This document shows positions 1-12,519 of a DNA stretch of 64,000 nt, one piece after another. The stretch comes from Squalus acanthias (lineage: Eukaryota). How positions within the stretch are numbered: position 1 is the first letter of the stretch; the number at the start of each line of letters is the position of its first letter. The DNA lies in assembly GCA_030390025.1 (NCBI GenBank), contig CM059440.1, positions 13,950,001-14,014,000 on the forward strand. The letters run 5' to 3'. The position numbers were made by a program, and so were the translations under genes. A model generated the notes under the pieces. It ran no database searches. It had not been told where the DNA came from and worked only from the letters and a program-made list of their open reading frames with translations.

Positions 1-60
1 GCTGTATAGTTTTGGGACGTTTGTGAAAGACACTATATAAATGAAAGTCTTTTCTTTCTA
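1..60 (+). mobile_element. 3' tail of SacSINE1-like DeuSINE
   Basis: tttgggacgt..gtgaaagacactatataaatgaaagtctttt matches the tail of the full copies at 27973-28430 and 53150-53585. Confidence 0.7.
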
Positions 61-349
61 ATTCAATTCTCAAAATGCTCAGAATTGCATCACTGGTAAA
101 CGCCTAAAGAAACTCTACAAAGTGGCAACCTTTGCCTGGCAGCCCAGTTGTACTGGATTTGGGGGGTGCATTGGAGTATCTTAAAAAACTCTTTGTCACA
201 CATCTTTCTACACTAATAAATCAAGTATGAATATTACCAGTAAACCAGCCCACCCCATACACTGGGGATCCCAGCCACCATACACCAACACACCTGGCCC
301 CAGTACACTAGATGTACAATCTAATTGACCCCAGTATTTTCTTTTACTG

Positions 350-640
350 AGAAATATGTGAGGGTTCATTGTCCATGGTAGAGATTACTACCAAGGTGCA
401 GAGAGAATGAGATAAGTCAGGAAGTAGGTATTAGATGACACCAAAGCCTGAAGATTGTAGGAGGAACTCTGAGTGAGGGGTGAGTTCCACAGTTTTAAGG
501 TTCTGGGAAGGAATAGGTTAAAGTAGGAAATGGTGCGAAGATTCTTGATTTCAACAAAAAGATGCAGGGAGAAGGAAGAGTGTGTACGATCTGAGTTTGG
601 AGCTTAGGAAGAATAAGAAAATACAGCGTATAGCACACTA
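350..640 (-). mobile_element. Degenerate LINE 3' fragment (CR1/L2 group)
   Basis: Minus strand reads like a LINE ORF2 C-terminus (..FLPRTLKLWNS..). Shares aaagcctg(a/t)agattgtagga with 42530-42730. Confidence 0.5.
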
Positions 641-723
641 TTATTCACCTACCCTATCTGAATCTACTTTAGTGTACTGTAACTTTCTTCAATTTAAACT
701 AATTCTGTGTATTTTTAAATATA

Positions 724-787
724 GAGGTAATTTTCAGACTCCGCATCGAGGCTGTCTGCTGGGAGCAGAAAGTCTGTAAATTACCTC
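724..787. mobile_element. Small palindromic MITE-like remnant
   Basis: gaggtaattttcagact ... agtctgtaaattacctc form a 16/17 inverted repeat around a 30-bp spacer. Confidence 0.5.
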
Positions 788-789
788 CT

Positions 790-1268
790 ATAAGAACATA
801 AGAATTAGGAGCAGGAGTAGGCCATACCACTCCTCGAGCCTGCTCTGCCATTCAATAAGATCATGAGAACATAAGAAATAAGAGCAGGAGTAGGCCATAA
901 GGCCCCTCGAGCCTGCTCTGCCATTCAATAAGATCATGGCTGATCATCGACCTCAACTCCACTTTCCCGCCCGATCTCCATATCCCTTGATTCCCCTAGA
1001 GTCCAAAAATCTATCTATCTCAGCCTTGAATATACTCAAAGACTCAGCATTCACAGCCCTCTGGGGCAGAGAATTCCAAAGATTCACAACCCTCTGAGTG
1101 AAGAAATTCCTCCTCATCTCAGTCTTAAATGGCCTACCCCTTATCCTGAGACTTTGCCCCCTAGTTCTAGACACTCCAGCCAGGGGAAAAATATCATGGC
1201 TGATCTTTGACCTCAACTCCACTTTCCCGCCCGATCTCCATATCCTTTGATTCCCCTACAATCCAAAA
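790..1268 (-). mobile_element. CR1/HER1-like LINE 3' ends, one copy (866-1192) nested in another
   Basis: ORF 953-1222(-) FPLAGVSRTRGQSLRIRGRPFKTEMRRNFFTQRVVNLWNSLP is a CR1 ORF2 C-terminus. agaacataagaa tail repeats are present, and ATCATG is duplicated at 860-865 and 1193-1198. Confidence 0.9.
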
Positions 1269-1307
1269 ACCAATAAGCAAATGATTAATAACTAAATTTG
1301 CACAAAT

Positions 1308-1762
1308 GAAAGACTTGCATTTCTTTAGTGCCTTTCATGACCTCAGGATGTTGCAAGTACTTTACAGCCAATTAAGTACTTTTGAAGTGTTGTCACTGTT
1401 GTAATGTAGGAAACATGACAGCCAATTTGCACACAGCAAGCTCCCACAAATAGCAATGAGATAATGACGAGATAATTTGTTTTTAGTGATGTTGGTTGAG
1501 GGATAAATGTTGGCCAGGATACCGGGAAGAACTCCTCTGCTCTTCTTCGAATAGTGCCATATGATTTTTTACATCCACCTGAAAGAGCAGACGGGCCTTG
1601 GTTTAACATCTCATCCAAAAAACACGCCTCCAACAGTGCAGCACTCCCTCAGTACTGCACTGGAGTGTCAGCCTAGACTATGGGCTCAAGTCTCTGGAGT
1701 CAGACTTGAATCCACAATCTTCTGACAGAGGCGAGAGTGCTACCCACTGAGCCAAAGCTGAA
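1308..1762 (-). mobile_element. SacSINE1-like tRNA-derived DeuSINE, near full length
   Basis: Reverse complement of the 27973-28430 copy: tRNA-like head, Deu-like core, L2-like tail. Confidence 0.85.
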
Positions 1763-3289
1763 CATTTATCCTTTAATGTATCCATATTGCATTCTGAGGT
1801 CTGCTCAAACAGCGGAGGGGTTACCCCATTTAAAAGGGAAAATGCTCAGACAGTGGAAAGGCCAAATGAGTGGGTTAAGCGCCAAAGGTCACTGTAACTT
1901 TTTAAAGATGAAAGACAGGGACCCAATGCAAAGTTACCTTCCCCATAAAACTTGCAGAAATGAAGCAGCACTTGCCCTCGAGCCTATTTCAAGATGGTTG
2001 ATGGAATTAGAAGCAGACAGCAAAACGTTTAGGCGTTGGTTGGAATCATTTTCAATTTGGTACCTCGATCAGATGGTGCAAAGACATCCTCTGGAATAAA
2101 ATCCATGTTCAAGCAGCCCGACGCCACCTAATCACTCTGGGTAAAAGGTCTGCTTCTGAACACAAGTTAAGAGGTTAGGCTCTATGGAAAGGCTGAGACA
2201 AGGAAAATACTGTACGGACTTTGTTTTTCAAGGATTTTAGAACCAAGCCTCCACTGGCACATGAAAAGTGATCCTGTCTTGGGCTCAACGTTTACCTTAG
2301 GTAATTTAACAAAAAAAAATACTGTTTCTTTAAGATGTGTTTTGTGATCCTCTCCCTCGCTTGTTAGGGAATGGAGGCATTCTTTCCAAGGATGGAAACT
2401 GGACCCTTTTTTGATGGGTGCTTTGTTCAGATTACCTCAGAGGTTTATCGTTAACTTGCACTTTGGGGTTCTCCCCATCCTCCTGCAGTCTCAAAGAGAC
2501 ATTTGTTCTGTGGAGTTTGTTATAGTGGAAAATACTTCCCAACTTAAAGACAGAAATATGTGTGTGGGGATGTAGGTGCTTTTAATTGTCCATTTGTAAA
2601 CCTTACTCTGTTTACAGAATGTTTTTTGTGAAACAAGAGTTTGTAAAATAAAATAAAATAATGAACTATTTGATTCTCCGAAAGCTTCTGAAATGTATGT
2701 GTAACTGCCTGACAAATAGGGTATTAGCCTCGAAATCACTGCTGGTGATACCAGCAGACAACTACTTAACATGTTAATATAGCATTCCTCTGAGCGCCAT
2801 TTTGATGCAGGCCTTAACCTACTTACTTTAAACAGCTTAACGCCCGCGCTACAATAGCAGATGAATATCATGCAATAAAGGTTTGTCCACTAACATCGGC
2901 AACCTTGATTTTTAGACTGATGTTTCGCATAATATATGTTTATTTGTTGCCCGTTTTCCCTCCTCCTTTACTGAAAGCTCTGTTGCCCTTCGGGGTATGG
3001 TCCTATGGGTGCTGGGCACCAACTCAGTAGCTCGGCCGACAGCCTGCTTTCCAAACATGGACTTAGCAAAATTAATTTCGGTGAGTTATTTGACCAGGGA
3101 GGATGTCCCGGCTAAGTGCAAGTCCGATCCTGCTCCCACCTGATATCCAAACGAGTGCACTCTCCAGCGTGAGTCACGTAACCCTGTGTGTAACTCCAGA
3201 TCAATTCATTTTTTGCCCACCATAACCTGTTATGGGGTATGACTCCACGAATGCAGATTCTGACTGTGCTAAGGCTCCATAGGCGCATA

Positions 3290-3540
3290 CTACGGCTGGA
3301 AGTGAATTCCACAGCCTCACAACTCTCTGTGTAAAGAAGTTTCTCCGGCCCTCTTCTAAATCCCTTACATTTATTCCTGTATCTATGGCCCCTCATTCTA
3401 GACCCCAGAACTACTGGAAACAGCCTGGTTCTAGCAACCCTGTCCTATCGTTTCATAATTTTAAACATTTATATTATATCTGCATTATTCTAATGAAAAA
3501 AATCCCCACTATGTCGAGACTTTCTTCGTATTTATATTTC
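3290..3540 (-). mobile_element. Degenerate CR1 3' fragment
   Basis: Minus translation includes RGHRYR followed by a degraded FTxRVVxLWNSL motif. Confidence 0.6.
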
Positions 3541-3542
3541 CC

Positions 3543-3822
3543 GGGTGCACACTGTTGCGGGGGTAGAGTTTCACGGGCGCACACTGTTGCTGTAGTATAG
3601 TTTCACAGGTGCACACTGTTGCTGGGTAGAGTTTCACAGGCACACACTGTTGCTGGGGTAGAGTTTCAAGGGCACACACTGTTGTCATGGTATAGTTTCA
3701 TGGGTGCACACTGTTACTGGGGTAGTGTTTCACGAGCGTACATTGTTGCTGTGGTGGAGTTTCATGGGTGCACATTGTTGCTGGGGTAGTGTTTCATGGG
3801 CGCACACTGTTGCTATGGTAGA
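3543..3822. repeat. 32-bp minisatellite, ~9 units
   Basis: Unit approximately gggtgcacactgttgctggggtagagtttcac, repeated in tandem. Confidence 0.9.
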
Positions 3823-3923
3823 TACCATCAGCTTACTCAGCACAGATGGAAGGATCAAACCTGGAGCCTTTCTGCTCCGTATGGCTCAGCACCAGCCTGG
3901 GTAGTGCAGTTACTCCATGAGCC

Positions 3924-5645
3924 AACAACAACAACAACTTGTATTTATATAGCACCTTTAACATAGTAAAACGTCCCAAGGCGCTTCACAGGAGTGTTAT
4001 GACAAAAAATTGACACAGAGCCACATAAGAAATTAGGGCAGGTCAAAGAGTTAGGTTATAAGGAGCGTCTTAAAGGAGGAAAGAGAGGTAGAGAGGCGGA
4101 GAGGTTTAGGGAGGGAATTCCAGAGCTTAGAGCCTGGGCAGCTGAAGGCACGGCCACCGATGGTTGAGCGATTATAATCAGGGATGCTCAAGACGGCAGA
4201 ATTAGAGGAGCGCAGATATCTCGGGGGGTTGTGGGGCTGAAAGAGATTACAGAGATAGGGAGGGGCGATGCCATGGAGGGATTTGAAAACAAGGATGAGA
4301 ATTTTGAAATCAAGGCATTGCTTAACCGGGAGCCAATGTAGGTCAGCGAGCGCAGGGGTGATGGGTGAACGGGACTTGGTGCGAGTTAGGACACGGGCAG
4401 CCGAGTTTTGGATGACCTCAAGTTTATGTAGGGTAAGAATGTAGGAGGCCAGCCAGGAGTGCATTGGAATAGTCAAGTCTAGAGGTAACAAAGGCATGGA
4501 TGAGAGTTTCAGCAGCAGATGAGCTGAGGCAAGGGCGGAGACAGGCAATGTTACGGAGGTGGAAATAGGTGGTCTTAGTTATGCTGCGGATATGTGGTCG
4601 GAAGTGCATATGACACCAAGGTTGCGAACAGTCTGGTTCAGCCTCAGACAGATGCTAGGGAGAGGCATGGAGTCAGTGACTAGGGAACGGAGTTTGTGGT
4701 GGGGCCTGAAGACAATGGCTTCGGTGTTCCCAATATTTAATTGGAGAAAATTTCTGCTCATCCAGTACTGGATGTCGGACAAGCAATGTGTCAATTTAGA
4801 GACCGTGGAGGGGTCGAGAGAAGTGGTAGTGAGGTAGAGCTAGGTGTTGCCAGCATACATGTGGAAACTGATGCCGTGTTTTCGGATGATGTCGCCAAGG
4901 GGCGGCATATAGATGAGCAATAGGAAGGGGCCAAGGATAGATCCTTGGGGGACCCCAGAGGTAACGATGCGGGAGTGGGAAGAGAAGTCGTTGCAGGTGA
5001 TTTTCTGGCTACGATTAGATAGATAAGAATGGAACCAGGCGAGTGCAGTCCCACCCAGCTGGACGATGGTGGTGAGGCGTTGGAGAAGGATGGAGTGGTC
5101 AACCGTGTCAAAGGCTGCAGACAGGTCGAGAAGGACGAGGAGGGATAGTTTACCTTTGTCACAGTCACAAAGGATATCATTTGTGACTTTGATGAGAGCC
5201 GTTTTGGTACTGTGATAGAGGCAGAAACCAGATTGTAAGTGATTCAAACATGAAGTTCCGAGAAAGATGGGCACGGATTTGGGAGGCGACAACATGTTCA
5301 AGGACTTTGGAGAGGAAAGGGAGGTTGGAGATGGGGCAGTAGTTTACAAGGACGGCGGGGTCAAGGGTTGTTTTTTTTGAGAGGGGTGATGACGGCAGAT
5401 TTGAAGGAGAGAGGGACAGTACCTGAGGATAGCAAACCGTTAACAATGTCAGCTAACATGGGAGCCAGAAAAGGAAGTTGGGTGGTCAGCAGTTTAGTGG
5501 GAATAGGGTCGAGGGAGCAGGAAGTGTGTCTCATGGACAGGATGAGCGTGGAGAGGTCAAGAGGGGAGATCAGAGAGAAACTGGAGAACGATGCGAGTTC
5601 AGGGCTAGGGCAGGGGTGAACCTTAGAGGAAGTTTGACCCGGTGC
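3924..5645 (-). mobile_element. L2-clade LINE, 5'-truncated and frameshifted ORF2 (RT)
   Basis: Minus ORFs carry L2 RT motifs: SCSLDPIPTKLL, PISNLPFLSKVLE, LVLLDLSAAFDTVDH, GVPQGSILGP, SRLDYSNALLAG, HITP-like SPITPALADLHWLPV. Ends in a (TTG)n tail at ~3925-3940. Confidence 0.95.
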
Positions 5646-6261
5646 GCCACCAGGAAAGGTACATTTTATACCCGGGTCACGTGTCATTCGAATCCAATGT
5701 TTGTCTGAGCGAGAAGCTGAAGATCCTGTTCTAAGTGATTATGATTTTCAAATTTTTGATGCAGTCACAAAATATTTATTTGTAACAGTTCCTAATCCAC
5801 CACAATTTGATAATAGCGAAAACCCAGTGAGTAAATGTAGACGTTACCGAACAGTCAGGAGCTGAACCCAATCCCTCAGCACTCAGCCCTGTCCTGCCTG
5901 GCTGCATTTGCCTCTATCCCCTTTAATTTAATGCTATTTTTACAACTGTGTCCTATAGCATGACGCCAGTGGGATTATTTCACTCTGTGATGGTTTGAAA
6001 TTTGACCGTGAAGATCTGTGAAAGTGATACAGAGAGATCAGCATTCTGTCACACACCAAGAGACAGTGGGGTGTGAGTAACATCGGGGTGAATTACTTGC
6101 TTTCTAATTCAGTATTGTCACTCCTGAGGTAGGAACATCAACATCTCTCTCAAGGCCCATTGGCCACATTGGTTAGGTCTCCAGGGAACAAGGCACAAAT
6201 TACCTTGGTACCCACCCCCTTTACCACTGATTAATATTGTGTTTGCTCTCCCTCCACCACT

Positions 6262-6625
6262 ACAACAACAATTTTGATTTATATAGCGCCTTTAACGTAG
6301 ACAAACGTCCCAAGGCACTTCACAGGAGCATAATCAGACAAAAATTGACACTGAGCCAAAGAAGGAGACATTAAGACGGGTGACTAAAAGAGGCCGTCTC
6401 AAGGAGAGAAAGGTGGAGAGGTTTAGGATGGCAATTTCAAAGCTTAGGGCCTAGATGGCTGAAGGCACGCCCGCCAATGGTGGGGCGATGCTTGTGGGGA
6501 ATGCATACGAGGCCACAATTGGAGGAACGCAGAGTTCATGGAGGGTTGTAGGGCTGGAGAAGGTTACCGAGATAGGATTAGGTGAGTCCATGGAGAGATT
6601 TGAGCACGAGGATGAGAATTTTTAA
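6262..6625 (-). mobile_element. L2 LINE 3' end fragment
   Basis: Similar to 3924-4320 (acaacaac..ttatatagcgcctttaacgtag..cgtcccaaggcacttcacagg). Confidence 0.85.
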
Positions 6626-7024
6626 AAGGTGTTGCTGGACCTATTCTCCCTGTCAGCCTGTTGTAAACTGGGTTGGAGAACCCATGTAACCGTGTTATGA
6701 TCCATGCCTGGTGGGACTGGAACTGATGTGGAGCTGGTTCTGCGTACTCACGTTGTGCTGTTAGTTTGCACCGTGATAAAAGCCCATGAACACATGGAAA
6801 TGACTTAGCTGTCCAGAGTCTGATCCAACAGCAGACCTGCAAGATGACTGGACAGATGCCCTCAGGCCCATCCCTCCCTCGCTAGTCCCACTCAGACTTG
6901 CTGGAATATTTCTGATTCTAATCTTTATGATTCATTCATCCCTCCATTCCTCTCATGGGATGCCTTCTGACCCCTCCCTCTCACCTAACTGGCTTGGACT
7001 TCCTTTGGCCTGCCAGTCCCTCCC

Positions 7025-8345
7025 TGCTCTGACTCACTGGTCCCTCTCTGCTCAGGTCCCCCTCTGACTCACTGGTCCCTCTCTGACTCACTGGTCCCTC
7101 TCTGCTCTGGTCCACTCTGACTCATTGGTCCCTCTCTGACTCATTGGTCCCCCTCTGACTCATTGGTCCCCCTCTGACTCATTGATCCCTCTCTGACTCA
7201 TTGGTCCCCCTCTGACTCATTGATCCCTCTCTGACTCACTGATCCCCCTCTGACTCAATGGTCCCTCTCTGACTCACTGGTCCCCCTCTGACTCACTGGT
7301 CCCTCTCTGACTCACTGGTCCCTCTCTGACTCACTGGTCCCTCTCTGACTCACTGGTCCCCCTCTGACTCACTGGTCCCCCTCTGACTCACTGGTCCCCC
7401 TCTGACTCACTGGTCCCTCTCTGACTCACTGGTCCCCCTCTGACTCACTGGTCCCCCTTTGACTCACTGGTCCCCCTTTGACTCACTGGTCCCCCTTTGA
7501 CTCACTGGTCCCCCTCTGACTCACTGGTCCCCCTTTGACTCACTGGTCCCCCTTTGACTCACTGGTCCCCCTTTGACTCACTGGTCCCCCTTTGACTCAC
7601 TGGTCCCCCTTTGACTCACTGGTCCCCCTCTGACCCACTGGTCCACTCTGACTCACTGGTCCCTCTCTGTTCTGGTCCACTTTGACTCACTGGTTCCTCT
7701 CTGTTCTGGTCCACTCTGACTCACTGGTCCCTCTCTGTTCTGGTCCACTCTGACTCACTGGTCCCTCTCTGTTCTGGTCCACTTTGACTCACTGGTCCCT
7801 CTCTGTTCTGGTCCACTTTGACTCACTGGTCCCTCTCTGTTCTGGTCCACTTTGACTCACTGGTCCCTCTCTGTTCTGGTCCATTTTGACTCACTGGTCT
7901 CTCTCTGTTCTGGTCCACTTTGACTCACTGGTTCCTCTCTGTTCTGGTCCACTCTGACTCATTGGTCCCTCTCTGTTCTGGTCCACTTTGACTCACTGGT
8001 CCCTCTCTGTTCTGGTTCACTTTGACTCACTGGTCCCTCTCTGTTCTGGTCCACTTTGACTCACTGGTTCCTCTCTGTTCTGGTCCACTTTGACTCACTG
8101 GTCCCTCTCTGTTCTGGTCCACTTTGACTCACTGATTCCTCTCTGTTCTGGTCCACTTTGACTCACTGGTCCCTCTCTGCTCTGGTCCACTCTGACTCAC
8201 TGGTCCCTCTCTGTCTGGTCCACTTTGACTCACTGGTTCCTCTCTGTTCTGGTCCACTTTGACTCACTGGTCCGTCTCTGCTCTAGTCCACTCTGACACA
8301 TTGGGCCCCTGCTGACTCACTTGTCCACCTCTGACTCAGTGATCC
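7025..8345. repeat. Compound minisatellite (19-bp units, then 34-bp units) containing TGACTCA
   Basis: Unit gactcactggtccccctct (period 19) runs to ~7645, then gactcactggtccctctctgttctggtccacttt (period 34) to ~8290. Confidence 0.95.
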
Positions 8346-10389
8346 CTCTCTTCTATGGCCTGTCCATTCTTCTCCCTGTTGCCGGGGATTTTGTTCCATA
8401 CAGGAGTATTTAAAGTGCGAGAGAGAGAGAGAGAGTGTGTGTGTTTCAGTGACATCAGAGTTTGATATGAGCATTCCCACCCCACTGTAATTTTATTTAA
8501 AATATGGTTTTAATTTTGTACAAATGAACTTCGCCATTGACTATAGGATTATACTCCAACTCACACCCCCACACAGGGGAAGGTTTGAATGGTGTATTGT
8601 TTCGTGGTATTCAGGAAAATGTACTCCCGTCCTCAGAGAGCTGAGCTGATTCCAAAAATCAATTGTTCAAAATGAAAGTCAAAAGCAATTGGAATATTTG
8701 GAATTATTTCAAGTTATGATTCAGAAAAAAAATGGTGCTTGAGTTGAGGAACATCAACGGGTTCATCCTGAGAGACATTACGTATCTGAATACCAGCCAA
8801 AAAGAAACTGGAGCTAGGGGCAGAGTGGAGCAGGCGGGGGCTGTTGTAGAGAGAGCAGGGAGGACTGTTATGCAAGATTTGGGAGAGAGGAGCAGGTGGG
8901 GATCATAATAAGTGGAGCAGGCACTCTGAATGGAGGATCTAGTGGGTGGGTGAAAGAGAGCAGTCGAGGGTTAAGGTGGGGAACCTGGGGGAAGTGGGGA
9001 GAGAGATGAGGGAGGAGCTGGGAGGACATAAACCAAGGAGGCTGCATTGAGGGTGTGGGGAAGGAGGTAAGCCAGGCAGGGTTACATTGAACATTCTGGG
9101 GGAGTGGAGCAGAGTACAGAGAAGGTCATCATTAAGGGTATGGAAAGAGACATGTCATGATAGGAGTTGGGGCCCAGTGGCTTGTAGAAGAGAGGGAAAA
9201 AAGAGGTGCCCAGAAAGAGTTACACTAAGGGATGGGAGGGGAGGAGACAGTCATTGGCATTGCAGGAAAATGATTCAGTAGTTTTCCTGCAGGATGGAAA
9301 ACTTATTTTTTAAAGTTAGAAAACCAGGACAAAATGGATGGAAATATGAACTCCTCCAAATGGATGAAAATAATGACTGCCCAACATAGTGGGAGCAAGG
9401 GCAGAGAAGGGAAATCGGGACACTGGACAAAGCAAGCATCGTCTGCGGACAAGGATAGGCTGTGCAAGCGGACCTGGGCGTACTATGGTCTGAAAAGCAG
9501 ATAGAGTGAGGTCTATTGCAGTGCTGCAGACAGCACACTCTTGGCATGGTGCAGGAACAGACCGATGGAACAGTGATTGCAACCACACATAATTGCTGCC
9601 TAGTTAGTGGATGATTGCAGTTTGTGTTTAGATTGTAGGGCATACAAATTACATGACACTGGCTGGCTCTGTCAGCTCCATTTCCAGTGGTCTGTTCTTT
9701 CCCAAAAGAAATGTTTCTGTGGTTTAACTTTAAATTGAGGCTCTTCAAATATGCAGTGGTGCACCAGGGCCGATTACATCTCTAAATCCGTACAAAATGA
9801 AACACCTTCTTAACAAAGCTTACAGTGCTTCACATACGGCAGCCATCTTTTTTTGACCTACCTTGCAATTGCTCCTGCTTCAATTTGGAGACCAAAAATT
9901 CCTGACTGTATTCCTTTAAATCTTTGGCATACCTGCTCCCCATTTAGCTCATTGGATGATTGCACCACCCAGTGTTGTACCAAGCCTTACAGACCATAAG
10001 AGCCCCAGTTCAATCCCTGGTCTTTGTTGCTAGTCCCAGCTGAGGTGGGGTGACGGGACTGAGGGGTGCTTCAATTTGCCTCAGTGCCCCGGGAAATGAA
10101 AGGAGAAAATTCTTTCCGATTGTCAATCCCGACGGGAGAACATCCACTGGTTACAATGGAGGTTCTGGGAGGGAGGAGATAAGGGAGGATTGTGACAGAA
10201 GAGCAAAAGGGAGAGACAATGAAGAGCAGCAATGGAGGGCACACCGAGGCAGCGATTTAGTGGTTATTTTACCGGGAGTGAAGAACAGAACAGCCAGGGC
10301 CAGGAGACAGGTTATGAGAGGACGCAGGGCCAGGTAAATTTTTACAGGAGAGGAAAGAGAAGAAGGGTCATGCTGCAGGAATATGTACG

Positions 10390-12460
10390 TGGTTGTAGAA
10401 CAGTATCTTAGCAGGAGTCAAACTGCTTGTATAGTGGCACTGTAATTAGCTTAGATTCTGGGAAAGCAGAAACAGTGAGCCGGGTGGCGCTTACGCGATG
10501 AAATCCAGCTCCCAGAAACCAGCAGCAGCATCGCTATCCCAGTTCTTCCACAGATCTCCGAATTTGCCGCCAGCATAATCGAGCCGGATTTAGTAGTGTA
10601 AAAGCGCACAAACGCCCGGCTCGCAGAGTGTCTCAGACACGACAAAGGCACACTCAGTCCAGTCAACTCTACAAAGTCCTCCTCACTAACAGCCTGACAT
10701 AGTCATACTCACAGAATCATACCTTTCAGCCAACGTCCCAGGTTCCTCCATCACCATAACTAGCGGGAGGAGGAGGCTCCATGAACATCTCCATCCTCAA
10801 TGATGGTGCAGCTCAGCACGTGAGTGCAAAAGACAAGCGTTTGCAACCATCTTCAGTTAGAAATATCGAGTGGATGATCCATCTAGGCTTCCTCCTGAGG
10901 TCCCCATCATCACAGAAGCCAGTCTTTAGCCAATTCGATTCACTCCACGTGATATCAAGAAATGGCTGAGCGCACTGGATACAGCAAAGGCTATGGGCCC
11001 CGACAACATTCTGGCTGTAGTGCTGAAGATTTGTGCTCCAGAACTAGCCGCGCCTCTAGCCAAGCTGTTCCAGTACAGCTACAACACTGCATTTATCCAG
11101 AAAGTGGAAAATTGCCCAGGTATGTCCTGTCCATAAAAAGCAGGACAAATCCAATGTGGCCAATTACTGCCCCATCAGTCTACTCTCCATCATCAGCAAA
11201 GTGATGGAAGGGGTCATCGATGGTGTTATCAAGCAGCACTTACTCATCAATAACCTGCTCTCCGATGCTCAGTTTGAGTTCCGCCAGGACCACTGGGCTC
11301 CAGACCTCATTACAACCTTGGTCCCAACATGGACAAAAGAGCTGAATTCCAGAGGTGAGGTGAGAGTGACTGCCCTTGACATCAAGGCAGCATTTGACTG
11401 AGTGCGGCATCAAGGAGCCCTAGTAAAATTGAAGTCAATGGGAATCAGGGGGGAAACTCTCCACTGGTTGGAGTCATACCTAGCACAAAGGAAGATGGTT
11501 GTGGTTGTTGAAAGCCAATCATCTCAGCCCGAGGATATCACTGCAAGAGTTCCTTAGGGCAGTGTCCTAGGCCCAACCATCTTCAGCTGCTTCATCAACG
11601 GCCTTCCTTCCAACATAAGGTCAAAAATGGGGATGATTGCACAGTGTTCAGTTCCATTCGCAACTCCTCAGATAATGAAGCGGTCATGTCCACATGCAGA
11701 AAGAGCTGGACAACATTCAGGCTTGGGCTGATAAGTGGCAAGTAACATTCATCCCACAAAGTGCCAGGCAATGACCATCTCCAACAAGAGAGAGTCTAAC
11801 CACCTCCCCTTGACATTCAACGGCATTACAAATAAATACTGTGGCTATAAGAGCAGGTCAGAGGCTGGGTATTCTGTGGCAGGTGACTCACCTCCTGATT
11901 CCCCAAAGCCTTTCCACTATCTACAAGGCATAAATCAGGAGTGTGATGGAATACTCTCCACTTGCCTAGATGAGTACAGCTCCAACAACACTCAAGAAGC
12001 TCGACACCATCCAGAACAAAGCAACCCACTTGAGTGGCGACCCATCTACCATCTTAAGCACTCACTCCCTCCACCACCGACGTACCGTGGCTGCAGTGTG
12101 TACTATCTACAAGATGCACTGCAGCAACTCGCCAAGGGTTCTTCGACAGCACCTCCCAAACCCGCGACCTCTACCACCTAGTAGGACAAGGGCAGAAGGC
12201 GCATACGAACACAACCACCTTCAAGTTCCCCTCCATGTCAAACACCATCCTGACTTGGAAATATATCACCGTTCCTTCATCGTCACTAGGTCAAAATCCT
12301 GGAACTCCCTACTTAACAGCACTGTGGGAATACCTTTACCACACGGACTACAGCAGTTCAGGAAGGCGGCTCACCACCACCTTCTCAAGGGCAATTAGGG
12401 ATGAGCAATAAATGTTGGCCTTGCCACCGATGCCCACATCCCTTGAATGAATTTTTAAAA
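10390..12460 (+). mobile_element. Internally deleted non-LTR retrotransposon (CR1/L2 group)
   Basis: APE-like motif QPDIVILTESYL at 10690; RT motifs NYCPISLLSIISKVME, ALDIKAAFD and degraded VPQGSVLGP; C-terminal KSWNSL; 3' tail caagggcaattagggatg..gcccacatcccttgaatgaattttt. Confidence 0.9.
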
Positions 12461-12519
12461 ATGTAATTCAGAACAACTGTTCGAAAGAGGACAAAATTGG
12501 AATTGAAATGCTGATGCCT

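Noticed and set aside
7025-8345. CRISPR-like array (also considered for 51412-51657 and 51838-52815)
   Set aside because: Units are contiguous with no unique spacers, there are no cas genes, and the context is vertebrate.
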